Assembly: GCF_000150275.1 (NCBI RefSeq)
Contig: NW_002060944.1
Coordinates: 3,386,152 to 3,450,151, forward strand
Origin: Trichoplax adhaerens
Lineage: Eukaryota > Animalia > Placozoa
Direction: 5' to 3'
DNA length: 64,000 nucleotides
The position numbers and the translations under genes were made by a program. The notes under the pieces were generated by a model that was not told where the DNA came from, did not search any database, and was given only the letters and a program-made list of their open reading frames with translations. The first letter of the stretch is position 1; each line of letters begins with the position of its first letter. Shown one piece after another: positions 13,789 to 28,948 of this stretch.

Positions 13789-15364
13789 TTTATTATTATC
13801 AATTCCCATCATAAGTAGAGTTGATATCTAAAATCGTTTTCAGGGACTATTTTATTTCTTGAATTGAGAAAGTTTGCCCCCGCTATGGGCGTATAATAAT
13901 TATTATTACTATTGGTAAATATTAAGAGAATCGAACAGTGGCATCGCCTCCTTCTGATGATAAGATTCCATTTAACATGTCCTACTTGCGCATCTATAGA
14001 TAGTCATTAAATGTTGTTTTAACTTTCCTACATTATATGGCCGTAATCAACTACATACTGTCTGTATGCCTGCATTAAGATGCAGAGATGTGATCACAAT
14101 TATTCAACATGGCAACTACCAATATCGAGCAAGTTTAGACAAAAGAAGGCGAAAAAAGCCATTTTTTAATCTGGTTTATTTAGTAAACATCATGACTTCT
14201 TACAACAAAGATTTGTGTTTAGAAAGAACAATCAACGAACTTAAATCTTTGTACTAGTTCAATTATTAGGCGCACCTGTGTCTTTAGTCCGCGTAATAAT
14301 AATGCAATTATTCAGCATGCTGTCGAGACGGGGATACGCGTAGCTTTACATTGAACAAGGCCGAAATTGTTGAAAGCATACGTAATACCTCTATTGCAAT
14401 AGATGGTTATGATAATGGTCAACGATTCAGAGTTTCCGCTGAACGAACATTGATTAAAAATATTACTAATTGGATAGAATCAGTCGAAATCGCAAGATCT
14501 TCTAACTCTAGCAATGATTTGTATTGGATGCAAGTAAAATTAAAGTGAAAATTTGCCATTCAATAGTTCTTGTGACATATCAATGTGAATATACTAGGTG
14601 TTAATAACTATCACTGTGAAGGAAAATATTAATGAAAGTTGCCAAAGACACAACTATTGTGCAAATATATATGTTCCAAAACAAGCATGATAGGTAATTT
14701 TCACCTTGTAGGATTTTTTATTTTATTTTCGACTCTCAGATGATACTCCATTTTTCCTGATCCAATGAAATAAAGTTTAAATTGAAAACTCAATTAATTG
14801 ACTGTCAATTCTGAACAGTTGCACGAAGGTAAACAAACAATAAATCATACGGCTTTTTTTGCGTGAATATTATCACGCCTAGGATAAAGAGTTAATAAAT
14901 TCATTTACACCGCATAAATCTGAATTCCGTTTGGTTACTAATCATTATACTGTACGTCTTTAAGACTCATTTAGCCATTCTAGGGTATTTAATTATACTG
15001 TATCATTATGACAATCACTAACGCCAATAGAGGCGCGGTGATTAGAATTCTTATACTACATCGATATTGGTACAGTGTGATATAAATATATATGCAGAAT
15101 TGCAATCGCTGTCTATTTCTTTTGTCTTCTTCTCGTTTATACTGGTAATTATTCTTATACAAGGTACATTTTTTCAAAAAATTCAATCGGCGCCTTCTTA
15201 CAATAGTATTGTCGGTACATACATATACGTATTCCAAAAATGAGAAGTAATAAAGTCGCAAACACGTAATTAATATCAATATGCTGAAATACCGCAAACT
15301 CAGCGTCAAATTATTTGATAAACATGCACCACTAGGGACTATATAGTTATAGGCAGCATCGAGA

Positions 15365-18300
15365 CTATTCACCATATAAAGTAGGGTCCTCTACAGCATT
15401 GCCTTCTCTCGCATCAATAAAATCCCACAATCTAAAGGTATCACAAATATTAAAAGTCATAATCTATTAATGAAAAAGTATATGATTTATTCATTACATA
15501 GCAGCAATTGACTACATAAACATATAGCGTCATATTTTATTTACGTTGAATTCTTCGCTACTTTGACTTCTCCTTCGGAATTTTGCATTAAGCGCAATTT
15601 GACTTCGGCTATAGTCCCATCCTGGTATGCTACCAAACATGCATATACAATAAAAAAAATTATGCGAGATAATAAACACAGTATTTCTTTTCCACGATGA
15701 AACGATAAGCAGTTATTTGTATTAATTTCACCTACCATGTCTGTAAAAGCAATGCGATCCAAACCGACAAGTTCCATTCCCTTCATTGAAAAATCTACAA
15801 GGCTTTTGGCTGTTAATTAGTAAGAGCATAGGAGAATAAACTTGCTATCGGTACATTAGCTATTAATATAAATGGACACATTGTTGGTTGCCATACCTAG
15901 TACTGGTTTTATAATCTTCCATCAACCGGTTCTTTTCAGCAGTATCTTCAATCCATATTTCACTCTATGAAAGAAAAATATAAAATTACAATTGCAATGC
16001 CGTTCTGACTCAAGTATACCAGCAATTATAGTTATTGAATCTATAGCCATCATGAAATAAGGTTAACATGTATATACAGTTACCGGGATTACAAAAGGTG
16101 ACGGTACTCGGCATATCGGGCAAGCCCTACAACATACAATTCAATCACCAAATTCGTTTAATGATTTTTAGAAATTAAGAGGGTGTCGAGGCGCACCCTT
16201 AACGATACAATGAATAATTGATTTTACCTTATTATCGTGTTATCGTAGCTTGTACTACTCCGCCACTGTCTTATGCAATTTATACAAAAAGGGTGATTAC
16301 AATTTACTAGAGCAAACAAAAAGACTGTCATTAGAACAAAAAGCAAAAGAGATACTCTATCCATTGTTTGCTAGCTAATTTACATTAGCTTACCCAATAT
16401 ACCAAATCTACGCTCAGTCCTTGAAGACTTTGCAGTTACATCTTCCATACATATACTACAAGATACACCTTCGCTTCTGTGTCAATATAAAAGCATTACT
16501 ATGAAAACTCATATGAAACAGAAATGATCATGAAATAGGATGTTCAATAGATTATTCAACCTCTGAACAGCAAAAGAGTATTCCATATTTTTTTCAAGTA
16601 ACATTATACATTCATCTTTATGTTCTGCCAAATTTAAAAAATTCGAACGTTACTTATCAATTCTCCTTTGCTATAAATAATTCGGCATAACCCCCCAAAA
16701 AGCACTTTTCTAAATTTATGACCTACCCTTCCACTGTTCAGGCATATCCGGAATAAGACACTGCCGTCCACATATATCACACTGCAACCCATGTAGATAT
16801 GGACAACTAGTGCAGATAACGTATAATATTATTATTAAAAATAACAGTAGCATGAACATAGGGCAACATGTCGATAGCATTAATAACTAAGAATGTGTCT
16901 CAAAATTGAAAACAGACTTACTTTTCAATGCTGCAAACGCCAACTTGTGCAAACGGGCATAACTGTAGATCGTTATAAAACAATGACAGAAATTTTGTAT
17001 AAAAAACGGGTTAAAAAATTAAAGGTATATGCACATTGTACAATGACCTAAATATTAGAAGACAGCTTACTAGCAAGGCTGCAGCTTCATCATCTATTTC
17101 ATCCATATATTCTACTGAAGTCTTTGCAACATCTGCATAAGAAGGCATTGCATGATTGGAATTTTCCGTAGTATCAAGCCTTTGTTTCTATAAATCATGT
17201 ATTGAAACACACATTATAAAAAGACAATCTATCACATTTACGTGATGGTAATCTTTGTATACTGTATAAGATACAAGAAAATTGATGACGCAAGAAATTC
17301 TACAAACCAATATCTAACTTTGTCTACGATATATACAGTAAATCAAGATACTTACAGGAACAAATTCTGCAGCATGTAGCCACCTGTCCTTATAATTGTT
17401 GCTACTTGACCGAGAATTTTCTCCATTAGCTTTAGTCATCTAAGAAGCCAGTACGTTAATTTACTTTAAAACTGGTTCATTGCAAGATACCAACAATTTC
17501 ACTAATCATATTCAATATAGCCATAAATGCCAATATGTACGTACCGCTTTCTCAGCTGCCAACGATACAGGTTTGATAATTCTAATTAAATTAAAAATAG
17601 AGTTACAAAATTATAGCTTTAGGCATTTTATAATTGAATGATGAACGTTATGATGCGGTGCAACGATTATTAAATATGACACATAGCTTAAAATGGATTA
17701 TGACAAGAAAAAATTGGCTATCATTGTTACAATTAACTGACTGCATCTTAGTCGTAGGGTTAATGTACCGTTAACGATAACATTATTAAGAAAATTTCAA
17801 GAAATTATAGGAAAAATTTACATAAGGCCGTAGAATATCCATTGACACATGTATTTTAAAAGTATCTACTATTTGTTTGCGCAAAAAGTGAAATGGATGC
17901 GTTTCTTTTTCTGAGAATTATAAAAGAGTTTAAATGTATTGTCATAGAGAACCAACCTTTTGGCTGTAGGTTTACCATGACTAAGTTCACAACTGCTACC
18001 TTTAAAGCACAGTCCTTGTTTAAAATATTTGCAAATCTGTTTATAAATTTAATGGAAAGAATGAAATTGTCATTACGAATAAATAACATGATACAAACAA
18101 TAACAAGAATGGTCTTCTACAAGTATAATTGATTGAAAATATCTATCCGTGGCCCATATCAATTAACATTGAAGCCTTGCCACACTGTTTATACTCTACG
18201 GTATCATGGAAATTCTCACAAGGTTATCATACTGTACAGTAATAAAGAAAGTTCCTTTACAATCGTAAAATTGGCTTGGGATAGAACGACTGTTAGGGCA

Positions 18301-19241
18301 AGCATACTAGCTAGTGCTGTACTAATGAACGCTGGACAAGATTTAAGACAATAGAAAGTTTGCACAAGTCATTTGTTGGTGACTACTTTGCACGATTCAT
18401 GCTCAAACTGAGTGGAATTGCACACTATACTAGAAAATGATCCAATCCAACGGATTGGACTGTCTATCACCAGCTCCATGCATGCGTTTTATTGTACAGC
18501 AGTTCTAAATTAATCATTACTGCGAAAAGTCATTTCAATTTGCATGAAAACTACAAAGTGTCCATTCCTAATCATGTGTCTATGCTGCAAGCCAAGTGGC
18601 CAAGCGCTATTGATGTATTACTTATGAAGCACATTGGTCATCTATACAATACCATGGACAGTAGTAGTTCAATTAAAATCAATTGATTGACATTACATTA
18701 TCCACTTCAGTACTCTTTTCCGTCGCGATATGCGAATAGGGGCAATTATTTCCTAGTTTGCAATATCCGCTAGCAAAGAATCTAGAATACAGGTTGAAAG
18801 AGAACAGCAATCGAACTCAATGCTAGACTAATAGTCACAATCAACTGCTTACAATGAATGAATTACAGGTATAAACAAAAGTTGTTTGAACATATTTGAA
18901 GTTGCAACATTCATCTGTGGCTCTGTCAAACTAACAAGAAAGAACAATTGTATGTAGGATAATGGCCGCTCGAGATGCATTAGTAGAGTAGAAGGGATAG
19001 CTTAAGCAACTGCGTCTGCATGATCGAGCCACCACGTCGCCATGCTGGCAACTTCTTGGGTCAGTATGATTGCGATGCATGGAATGCAGCAACCGGCATA
19101 CTGTACAATCAAGCCATACAAGAGTTGAAAATTCAACCTCTCAGCAGTGTCATTTATTTACAACTGCAGTACTACAGCTAGCAGAAAAGATAATCTCGCT
19201 ACTATTGGTAACCTGCAATTGGAAGTTGTCATTTTTCGCAT
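15365..19241 (-). CDS. MKRN: Makorin RING/CCCH E3 ubiquitin ligase (multi-exon; one internal junction near 17.5-17.9 kb unresolved)
   Basis: CCCH fingers (CRFFASGYCKLGNNCPYSH; CKYFKQGLCFKGSSCELSH), PAM2-like WLHAAEFVP, makorin Cys-His motif (CPYLHGLQCDICGRQCL), RING (CSICME...RRFGIL..CNHPFCINCIRQWR...CPICRVPSPFVIP), a final CCCH (CRFFNEGNGTCRFGSHCFYRH) and an LWDFI tail. Stop at 15365. Confidence 0.92.
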
Positions 19242-19558
19242 TTCTTTTTAGCTCGATGATTTCGTGCAGCCGATCCAATCAAGGTCCATTGGCAGTAGAA
19301 CTTGTCGTCGTGGAAATGGCGAGTGGCCGTCAAGGCCGGAGACTATTTGAGTACGGTCCAGTCCGGTCCGGTCCAGTACGGTACGGTACGGTACACTCGG
19401 TAGTCCCTACTGTACTGTACAATATGCTACAGTACAAACTAAACCGATCTACAGTACTTTACATTGTAATGTACCGTATGAACCGGACTTGCAGTACGCT
19501 TGCTCAATACGGTGTACTGCACTAAAATTCAAATCGTCTCCGCGAGCTCCAGACAAAA
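19242..19558. promoter_or_regulatory. Probable bidirectional promoter between MKRN and PPIL1, containing a GTAC/GTCC pentamer array
   Basis: The divergent start codons are only ~320 bp apart. A (GTACG/GTCCG/GTCCA)n run lies at ~19350-19395. Confidence 0.7.
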
Positions 19559-20982
19559 ATGGCTGAAGACGCTCGAGTTTCTCATCTCACTTTTATGACA
19601 TCGATGGTAAGCACAGTCGTCGTAGAATAATCATTCTTAGCCTTCATCAATTATTTAGACATGCAAGTAATAGAGTGTTTCTATCGTGGAATATCCAGAT
19701 GATTAATCACTGCTGTTGATTACAGGGTAATTTCGTTGTGGAATTATATTGGAATCAGGCACCTAGAACATGTCGTAATTTTGCCGAGCTGGTAAGTTGA
19801 ACTACATGGTCATTGCTCGATGCATGACATGATACCTTTATTATAGCGCATACAAAAAACTAGCAAGTATTCCTATGCTAGGATGGCGTATTTTATAACT
19901 GTTGTTTTAGTATTCCAATAAGATGGAATAGTTCATTAATCGTCTACTTTTGAATGGGTACATCTAGTCGAAGAGAGGCTATTACAACAACTGCAAGTTC
20001 CATCGAATCATACGGGTAAGTAGCTGATTGCAAACTAGCTCAATTTTTCTCAATGGAATCAAAGTCAATTATGCAATGTGATGGTAACTCTGCACTTTTC
20101 ACAATCGTGTAGGATTTCATGATTCAGACTGGTGATCCTACAGCAACGGGTCGTGGCGGTGCATCCATCTATGGGTAATCATAATGCTATATTGTAGTAG
20201 AAAAGTAGAATCTTGACCATGGCGATCTAGCCATCAATCAATTTCTTACAAAAGAATAACAGTTAAAATGAAGTGGTTAAATTGCACATCCATTTCCATG
20301 GACTAGCCAAAAAGTTGCTATTGTGTTTGTTGATTTTACAGTTCTGTTAATGAAACTCTCATGTACTGCTTAGGCAAACATTTGAGGATGAACTCACGAA
20401 AGAACTGAAGCATACTGGTGCTGGCATTGTATCAATGGCAAACAGGTTGATTTCATTCCTAAACCAATCTGATAAATGTAATCTGATAAATGTGTCATAA
20501 TGAAAATCATATGTTTAAAACATCACTTTTGTATTATTGTTATAAATTGTAGCGGCCCCAATACGAATGGTAGTCAATTTTTTATCACTTTAGCACCAAC
20601 TCAATGGCTAGATGGTACGTCGTGTTATCATCATTTTAATCGTCGTACTCGTTTCCATATCAGTCACAGGTCTTGTAAGTGCCATTGTAAATCAATAAAA
20701 CATTTCATGAAATTGTAGGAAAGCATACCGTATTTGGACGTATTTCTGACGGCATTTCAACGGTCAATAAAATTGGGCTAGTACCCACTGACAGCAACGA
20801 TAGGTATTACACCAATGATAACATTTATCAATGTCAGATGTTTTGAAATATCAATTTACTAGCAATTTCTTAACATTGTTACGAAAAACTGAAAGTAATG
20901 ACTATTGTAAATTAATTTTTGTATGAATTTTCTTAGGCCACAAGAAGATGTAATCATTCGCGATGTACAACCGATATACTGA
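19559..20982 (+). CDS. PPIL1: Spliceosomal cyclophilin PPIL1 (8 exons)
   Basis: [102 protein letters not shown] and DRPQEDV. Confidence 0.95.
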
Positions 20983-22025
20983 AGGACTATCCTGTGTCGA
21001 TACTTTATATATACATGGAAGGTAGTTAATGACTGAAATGTTGACACTGGTTAACATCTCTAATGACACTAGCAATGACCACGATCGTGCTTTGTAATAT
21101 AGTTGCATCTTTTGCTTCTCTATAACATTACTATATTGACTTTACTCATGTATTATTCCAAAGAGAAATGGTACTTGCAACCATCTCTTGCTTGTTTAGA
21201 AAAGCTAATTTTGAAAATTTTTACTTATGGTTAACAAATATTGATCGCCATGTGTACTATGGCTTGGACTAGCGACTAATGGTGACTTTAATCTCACTTT
21301 ACCCATAGCAGCTGTAAATTATTAATAAAAGTGACTGATTACAGCTTACATAGACATGTGCCAATGTTGTTAATATGATACTGTTAATCTAGCCATCCAA
21401 AACCCTCTCAATAAAATAAGAAGCCTTAAAATTTGTTCAGCAATTAATTTACAGTTCATTTATTATACGTACTAGCGTATAAGAAGTGTAAAATGATGTT
21501 TGCATGAATGATATCACTGTTCAAAATGGATAAAACTACTAGCAAGAACAGTGAATTATTCATTCGTGATGGAAGGACGAACAGGTTTGCTCACGATGTC
21601 CACAGCTTTATTTGTAATGTATCGATGATTACAGGATCAATTATATATCAACAATTCGTTAAGCTTCTAAGACAGAATAGATGTAATTCTTATCTGCTAT
21701 TACTAAACCATTAATTATAGAACTTTTTATACGTTAATTACTTTCCGATTCATTCACGATAAATCTTTAGCGACACTTGAATTCGTAGTCCTTTTAATAA
21801 CTCTAAACTGCTACATCTGAATTTAAGAGATTTTAAAATTCTATAACCTAAATGAAGTCTTCTCCATTAGGAAATATCAAGTACAGTCATTAGAGTACCT
21901 ATCTACAATAACTATTAAAAGACTATCAGCGACAGTATTCATGCGTTGCGCATATATCTAAGAAAGAATATTTTAATTCAATGCTGAAATTTTAATTTGT
22001 ATTGATAACAGACGATATTTTAACG

Positions 22026-24778
22026 TTATAGCGATCCTTCGCTATCACTCCTTTCAAATCGTCGATATCGCCTTCGAGCCCTAATTCGTCTACGGATTAA
22101 GCAAAATGCTACACTGATAGCTCCTAAGCCACCACCTCCGGCACCGCATACAATCAGGAGCGATGCCCAAAATGGTAATCCACCAATGGAAACTAAAATA
22201 AAATTCAAACATTATAGGAATGAAAAATTGCTTGATAAGAAAACATTCTATCATCATTGCAATGCTGTAGCAATGCATAAGAATGTTACTAGAATAACAT
22301 TTGATTTTTAAAAGTTGTATGACTGTTATCGTTATTAAGAAGTCACATTGTTCTGTAAGCTTTTCATTTTTAAATTCTCATGGCCATTGCAAAATTGTTT
22401 GCGAGTACTAAAATTTCAAGATCATATGCCGCACAAAATAACATTCTCTATTAATATTCCAATTCATGCATCTTTAGTCTTAATTTATTCTCAAAATTCT
22501 CATTACTACTAAGAAATACCATTCTCAACTAATATTTAAACTTCGCCACTCTCAATGGTCATCAAAAATAAACTTTTTGGTTTAAAACTATCGTGGGCTA
22601 TCCCAAATTAAAGTACTCTACAAATATTCGGTTCTTAACTTACATAATTCACATTTCACTTCTCTGCTAATAACTTCTGGTCCGCTATATCGATAAACAA
22701 TTGTTGTCTTGGCCGTACAAGTCTGATTTTTATCGGTTATAACCTTCACCGTATTATTTGTAACTAGTAAAAGCAAATGATGCAATTTTACTTAATTAAA
22801 TTCATCATATTTATTTCTGCCCGCAAAGACTGAAAAATTTATACATTAAAGATTATCAATAATTATTACATCATAAATTTTGTACCGTGGTTATAAAAAT
22901 TTAGATATATTACTAGTTAATATTTCCTTCACTTCAGACTGTTCTAAGCGCCTAACTTAATAGAGCTTTATCAAGTAGATAAAGTGAAAAATATCGCAGA
23001 ATCTGCTATTCTATATATAAAAATAATCTAGAATTTCTCTATTTCTATGCAAGCATTACTCATTCAATTTGTAGCTTCAAGGCAGGAGCACTTACTAAAA
23101 TACTACACAACAATCTTACCTCCGATGTATATAAATTTAAAATTTCTTGACGGATTGAACTTTTCAATCTTGAATCGTACCAACATTTCATTATATTGCG
23201 TATCAAATTCATCTAATTTTGTATCGCATTTCTTAGCTAGTAGTTTATCCTTCTTGTCATAAAATCCGTTGTAGATTTCAATGTAATTATTTTCATCACA
23301 ACCCTTCTTGAAAAGATCTTGGCCAAAACTTAACCAACGAACTCGATAGTAAGCTACTTGCGGACTTTTAATAGTAAATTGGCATTCAACATTAATACCG
23401 CTAGTTTGTGGTATAACTGGAATAGTTAAAGCTCCAGACGGAGTGCCATAGAACAATCCACATTTATTAGGAACACCTAATCGATTATAACGAAATAGAA
23501 CAAACGGATGAGCTGGATCGCCATCGATTAATAAAAGTTATATTAACTACAGGTCAAATATGTTATAGTGTTACCCGAGTAATAAAATGCTCTGAAGCCA
23601 GTGTACAGCGCAAGTTGGGATTTTGCAGAATGTAATTTAATATGGACGATGTTACCACCAGTAGTAATAGGATGCGGTTTATAATATCCACAGTGTCTAA
23701 AATAACGATTTCGCTGACTGATTGCACCCTCATAGACTTCTACATAATCATCACAATCGTCCATTGCCATCTTATTGTTATTTCCTTTAACTGGCTTCAA
23801 TGCAAATTCCGCAAATTCTAGTAGCATAACACGATCTTGATTTAATTTTATCGTGTATACACAGTCTAAATTTGCAGGATAAGCCATAGGAAAATGGGGA
23901 CTAGCGATAGCTCCATAACCAGTTTTATAAATCATGTTTTTGCAGTGATGTGACACTAGAAATGGTAAAGAAATACAATTAAGGAGGAAAAATAAAGATT
24001 ACATAGACTTTGCCACTTATGCAACCAAAAATCTCACGAATAAGCTAGATAGCCCTTACTTGATTTATAGGCAGCTTTAAAACCTCGATAAAAGCTCATT
24101 ATATCGAATTCATCAGATGTGGAAGATAAAACAACAGTCATCATATTACCACTGGAAGTAATATCAAACGAATGATTACCGCACATTGGTGTATATAAAT
24201 TATTAATGCCTATTTGGCGGCCGTCATAAACAACCACTGAGTCTGAAGATCCATGGCATAAACGATCGTGACCAGCTGGTAGATTGAAATCTTTCCATTG
24301 CAAGGAAATAACTTGACCCTTTTTAGCTTTAATAACGTATGTGCAACTGCTATTACTTGAAGAAAATGTCGGATAACCAAGGCTTGTGATTTGACCTTGA
24401 TCTTTGTCGAAAACCTGATGGCAATTGTTTTCGGAAACTAAGGTACATAAGCAATTTACACTAAGTTAATGCCGTCCTTAAGGAAACTCAAACTTTGTGC
24501 TTAATATTTAGCTAATCAGGTATGATTTATTCTATTTAAAATTTCATTAGGAATAATTCAGGCAATTAGAGGCTAAAATCTTGCAAGTAAAGTTATTATA
24601 GATATAGAATAAGTTTGTTCATCCACCAGCAAAGAGATGAAAGATATAGATCAAATGTTAATAAAATATAATTGGACATTCCAGAAGGTAGCTATTCCTT
24701 ACCAATTAAAATTTCCGAATTTATCTCGCCCTTTATGAGAGCCAAGCAGAACACAATTATCGCAATAATTTCTTTCAT
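22026..24778 (-). CDS. Type I membrane protein: signal peptide + 3 CUB domains + stalk + TM + short tail (paralogue A; 6 coding exons)
   Basis: Signal MKEIIAIIVFCLALIKG; CUB motifs (GAIASPHFPMAYPANLDCVYTI, CDDYVEVYEG, GFRAFY); stalk exon ~22643-22764; TM LPFWASLLIVCGAGGGGLGAISVAFCLI followed by RRR. Confidence 0.88.
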
Positions 24779-26689
24779 TGTCGTTTGATTGCTATGTGGC
24801 CATTTACCAAGTAATTAGTGAGTTTAAATATAAAAACATAATTAGTTAACCCTTGTTCAATATAAAATATCATTTCATAAAGCGCAAGTAACTATCGAAA
24901 GTAAATTAGGACTAAGTAAGCGAAATACACGGACGAAATTGAGTTACATTTTATTTTACGACCTAGCAATACAATATTACGATAAGTATAAAATTGCTTT
25001 ACTCCGTGGATTATTTAATATTGAAGTTAACTATCCTAGATGAAAGCATGTCTGAAGGTGTGCAGCTTAAAGTCATTTTGCAATCAGCACTGTTTATTTA
25101 TACAAGCGGAATTGAACGATTTTCTATACTAATATTTTTATACAGGTGCTTTGCTTACATCATTGAAATATATAAGCATAAGTAATTCAGCTATATTAAT
25201 GATGATTATACAAATATACGGCCATTACTACAAGCCCTCGAAAGTTGATTATCCTTTCCATACATACAATTAATTAGGAGCCGATAGAAATCAATAAAAC
25301 GTAGGCATACACATTTACACTCTCAGGTTTTGCTACTTTTTTTAACTAAAGAACTTTTCACAGGAAAACTAGTCTTAGTTAAACTGAGACTCATTGAAAT
25401 TCACATAAGCAATCAGTAATAAATCTACAATATTTCTGTTTAGAGCTTTTACACTTTGCTATTATAAGGCAGCAGAATAGTAAAATAGTTTAATTGGGGT
25501 TATTAGATAGCAAAATGAAAGCAGAACTCGGTAACAGATCCGTGATCATTTCCGTCACTCATTTTTACACTTTCTACAAGAGAAATAGTCAGGCAACAAA
25601 AGTAAGGTAGTTAAAATTTTATATTAAACAAGCAGTAGTGAACCTAGGATGAATTTTTTTCACAGCTTTCTACATTGTATCTACGAACATAAGCGCTGCA
25701 GCTAATGTGACCCAAGTTTAGCGATATGAGATGCCCAGAATAAATTCAAGCAGGCGAAGCTAGAAATCCATTTACTTACTATTAAGGCATCATATTAACA
25801 CTTATGACACTACTAGGCTGCATTTTAACACTATGGATGAGTAGAAAGTCGAGAAAATGATACCTGTAGTTCTTGCTATTCGTTTTTACAAGCCATTTCT
25901 CCGGAGGTGGATATGAGGTGAAATTGATCTATTGCCTAAACGACAGGTCGAATTACTTTTGGTATAGCCTGTTCCAGCACCCCTAGTAAGAAAAAATCAT
26001 TACGGTACGGAATGGCATAATAACATATTCAATCTAAAATCTATATCGAAATTTAAGTAGCGTACTATACACTAGTATTTTTCATCTACTTCTCTATTGA
26101 ACACTATATCGTATTAACATTACTATAAACTCTTAATGAAGTCCATACTTAATTAGATTACGTCAACATTTTGCATTATGTATGCAGTATGATTATCCAT
26201 AATGATAGAGGTTAAGCTGATGGAAGAATCTCTTACAAATGTGTTATAGCTATTGATTAAGCTCTCTACTGTATTGATTAACTGAAACAAAATGATTGTA
26301 AACAAATGAATTAATAGCAGGGGTTTCTACAGCAGTCATTGATCAAAGGGCAACTTGATCGATAATTGCAGTTTCTTCATGATTGCTTTAGCTAAGGCAT
26401 ACTGTATAAGCCTTCGAATTCAATTATGCCAATCCTTTTTTCACATTAATGTATTTAGAAATAACAACCGCACAAATTAGACAATTAAATACATACTGGT
26501 ATAAATTGATTGATATTGAATGGTAGACCGAAAATGATTGGTTGAATCTTTTCCTTCCACTTGGCTATATCAATATGCTCTAGGATTATCTAATTAAGAT
26601 CAATTAAACGAGATGTACTAGACGCAAGCTGGTTAAAATAAATTTTTTTTCTATTCGATTGCATCTTTCCTTACAGAAAGGATTATTAA

Positions 26690-27345
26690 CCGATCTGAAA
26701 GTATGCTAGTAGTAGATCAGGAGACAGCTCAATTTCTACGATAGATTTAGAATATTAATACCATCTTGCTTTTCATTCTAGTCAATACGCTATAGCAGAA
26801 TAGGTCGATAACTGAACTAAAAGTATGGATATACTACTAGATCTAGACGTTGCTCAATTTCAACGATAGAAATGAAATATCAGTATCGTTTTGCTTTTTA
26901 TTCAAGCCGATATGCTGTAGCAGAATGAGTTACTAACTGATCTACAGGAAAATACGGGTATACTGGTAGATCGAGATGTAGCTCAATTTCAGTGCTAGAA
27001 ATGAAATATTAATATCATCTTGCTTTTCATTCAAGCCCATATGTTATAGAATTGACCTAATTATGAAGACAAAATCATACGCAATGTGCTAAACGCAAAC
27101 GAGCTAAAATGAATTCTTTTTCAATTCACTTGCATCCTTCCTAGCAAAAGTGTTATTAACCCAACTGAAAGCATGCTAGTCGATCAGAAGGCAGTTCTAT
27201 TTCGATGAGAGAAATGAAATATCAGTATCATCTTGCTTTTCATTCAAGCTATTATGCTATAGCAGAATGTGTTACTAAATGATCAAAAAGTATAGGTATA
27301 CTAGTAGATCAAGAGGTAGCTCAATTCTAATAATAGAAATGATAT
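26690..27345. repeat. Degenerate tandem repeat, ~120-130-bp unit (~5 copies)
   Basis: A recurring block TAGATC..G..G..GCTCAATTT.....ATAGAAATGAAATAT...ATCTTGCTTTTCATTCAAG. Confidence 0.8.
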
Positions 27346-27449
27346 ATTATGCACTTTATATATAGTGATATATTATATAGTTTTCAGGTTTTTTTGCCCA
27401 AATCTATAGTAAGAATCATCGATATAACGTAAGTACCTCACTCAAAATC

Positions 27450-27810
27450 TCAAACAACTGCTATTATTTTCCTTCCTCATTTATTTATTTATCTATTCCA
27501 TCTTATTTGACAAACTTCATGTTCCTTCTTTAATAAGTAAAATACGAGCTTTAAAAGCCATCAAATCGCGCATGCTATCACTTTTCTAAACAACTATCGC
27601 TATTTTTCTTAATCATTTATCTGTCTCATGCTATTGATCTAACTTCATCTCGCTTCTCTAAGTAAAAATCAAACTCATTGAAAAACCATTAGCTCAGATA
27701 AGTAACTATCGCTATTTCCTTAAACATTTATCTGCTGACTTCATATTTCTTCTCTAGGTGAAATATAGTATTAACTCTTTAAAAAACATCAATTCACACA
27801 TGCTAACGTT
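27450..27810. repeat. Second degenerate tandem repeat family, ~120-135-bp unit (~3 copies)
   Basis: Recurring AACTATCGCTATTT..CTTAA.CATTTATCT..AACTTCAT blocks. Confidence 0.6.
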
Positions 27811-28948
27811 TTCTACTTGAATAGAACCATTTTCAATCCAATGTAATATAGGATAAAGTCATTAACTCATCATTAATATCTAAATTCAATATTAAAAAAT
27901 CTCATTTTCACTATCAGAGATGTGCTTGATTTATTGCAATTTGATAACGCTTGATTTTACTAAATAGATCAGTAGTATTTCTATTTTAAATAAAGTTAAC
28001 AAACATTTAGGTATTAGCTACACTTCTTCAATTGTATACACTAGGAATTATCATAGATAGATGGTAACCGAACCCAAAAAATCGAGTAAATAAGCTATGC
28101 TGAACTTATTATTCGTATCTATACGCTATTAAGAGATATAGATGCGCAGATGAGAAATCTCGAAACGTATCCAACTAAAATATATTATAGAATTGCTATG
28201 AAATCGAAAAATTGGGCAATTAACTTGCATACAGCTCATCATTTATATTCATGCACCCTTGTAAGTGGCTTATAGATAAATAGATGAAAAAATTGGATGT
28301 GGTATGCACGCTTTCCTTCCAAATAAGATCGGGAACACACTGAAGGCAACGAGGGCCATCAAAAAACTTTAAGAAGAATTTTAGTAAAAAGTTGCAATAT
28401 ACTGACATGGCTCTCTGCAGTCATCATGAATTATTTAAATGATTTTGGACTTGGAAATAAAAGGAGAAATATACTTATAATACAGTATCTAGCAGTTTGA
28501 ATATGTAACTATCGATCTTCAAGTAAGAGTTTTCTTTCTTGGTTAAAGTATATAAGCTGTTGGTTGTCAGATATTTTTCGGCGGGTGAATAAGATTGATG
28601 AAGCCTGATCAATAGGATGCAGCCAGTTACTCTTTTATAGATTGAATTATTACATTTGAAGCATTTCTTCGAATCTTGGTGGATATCATGGTATTATAAC
28701 GATGGATAAATTGGTCTAAGAAATTCAGGCTAAAAATTGTCCTCATACCAAGATTACACAGCAGCAGAAGCCTCCTTTCTTTCTGTTCTCTATTCTTCAA
28801 AGGCAGTAAAAATGGCCGTTATTAACAATTTGAAAGTTTTATATGCAAAGTAACGTCTAAATATCGTCTTTATATAGAAATAGCGTTTTGGGAAAAATAT
28901 TCAATCGAATGGCTGTTTATATTGGTAAGAAATGAGGACTCTACAGGA

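Noticed and set aside
19070-19525. 151-aa + strand ORF
   Set aside because: It is antisense to makorin exon 1 and runs through the promoter pentamer array; no domain is evident.
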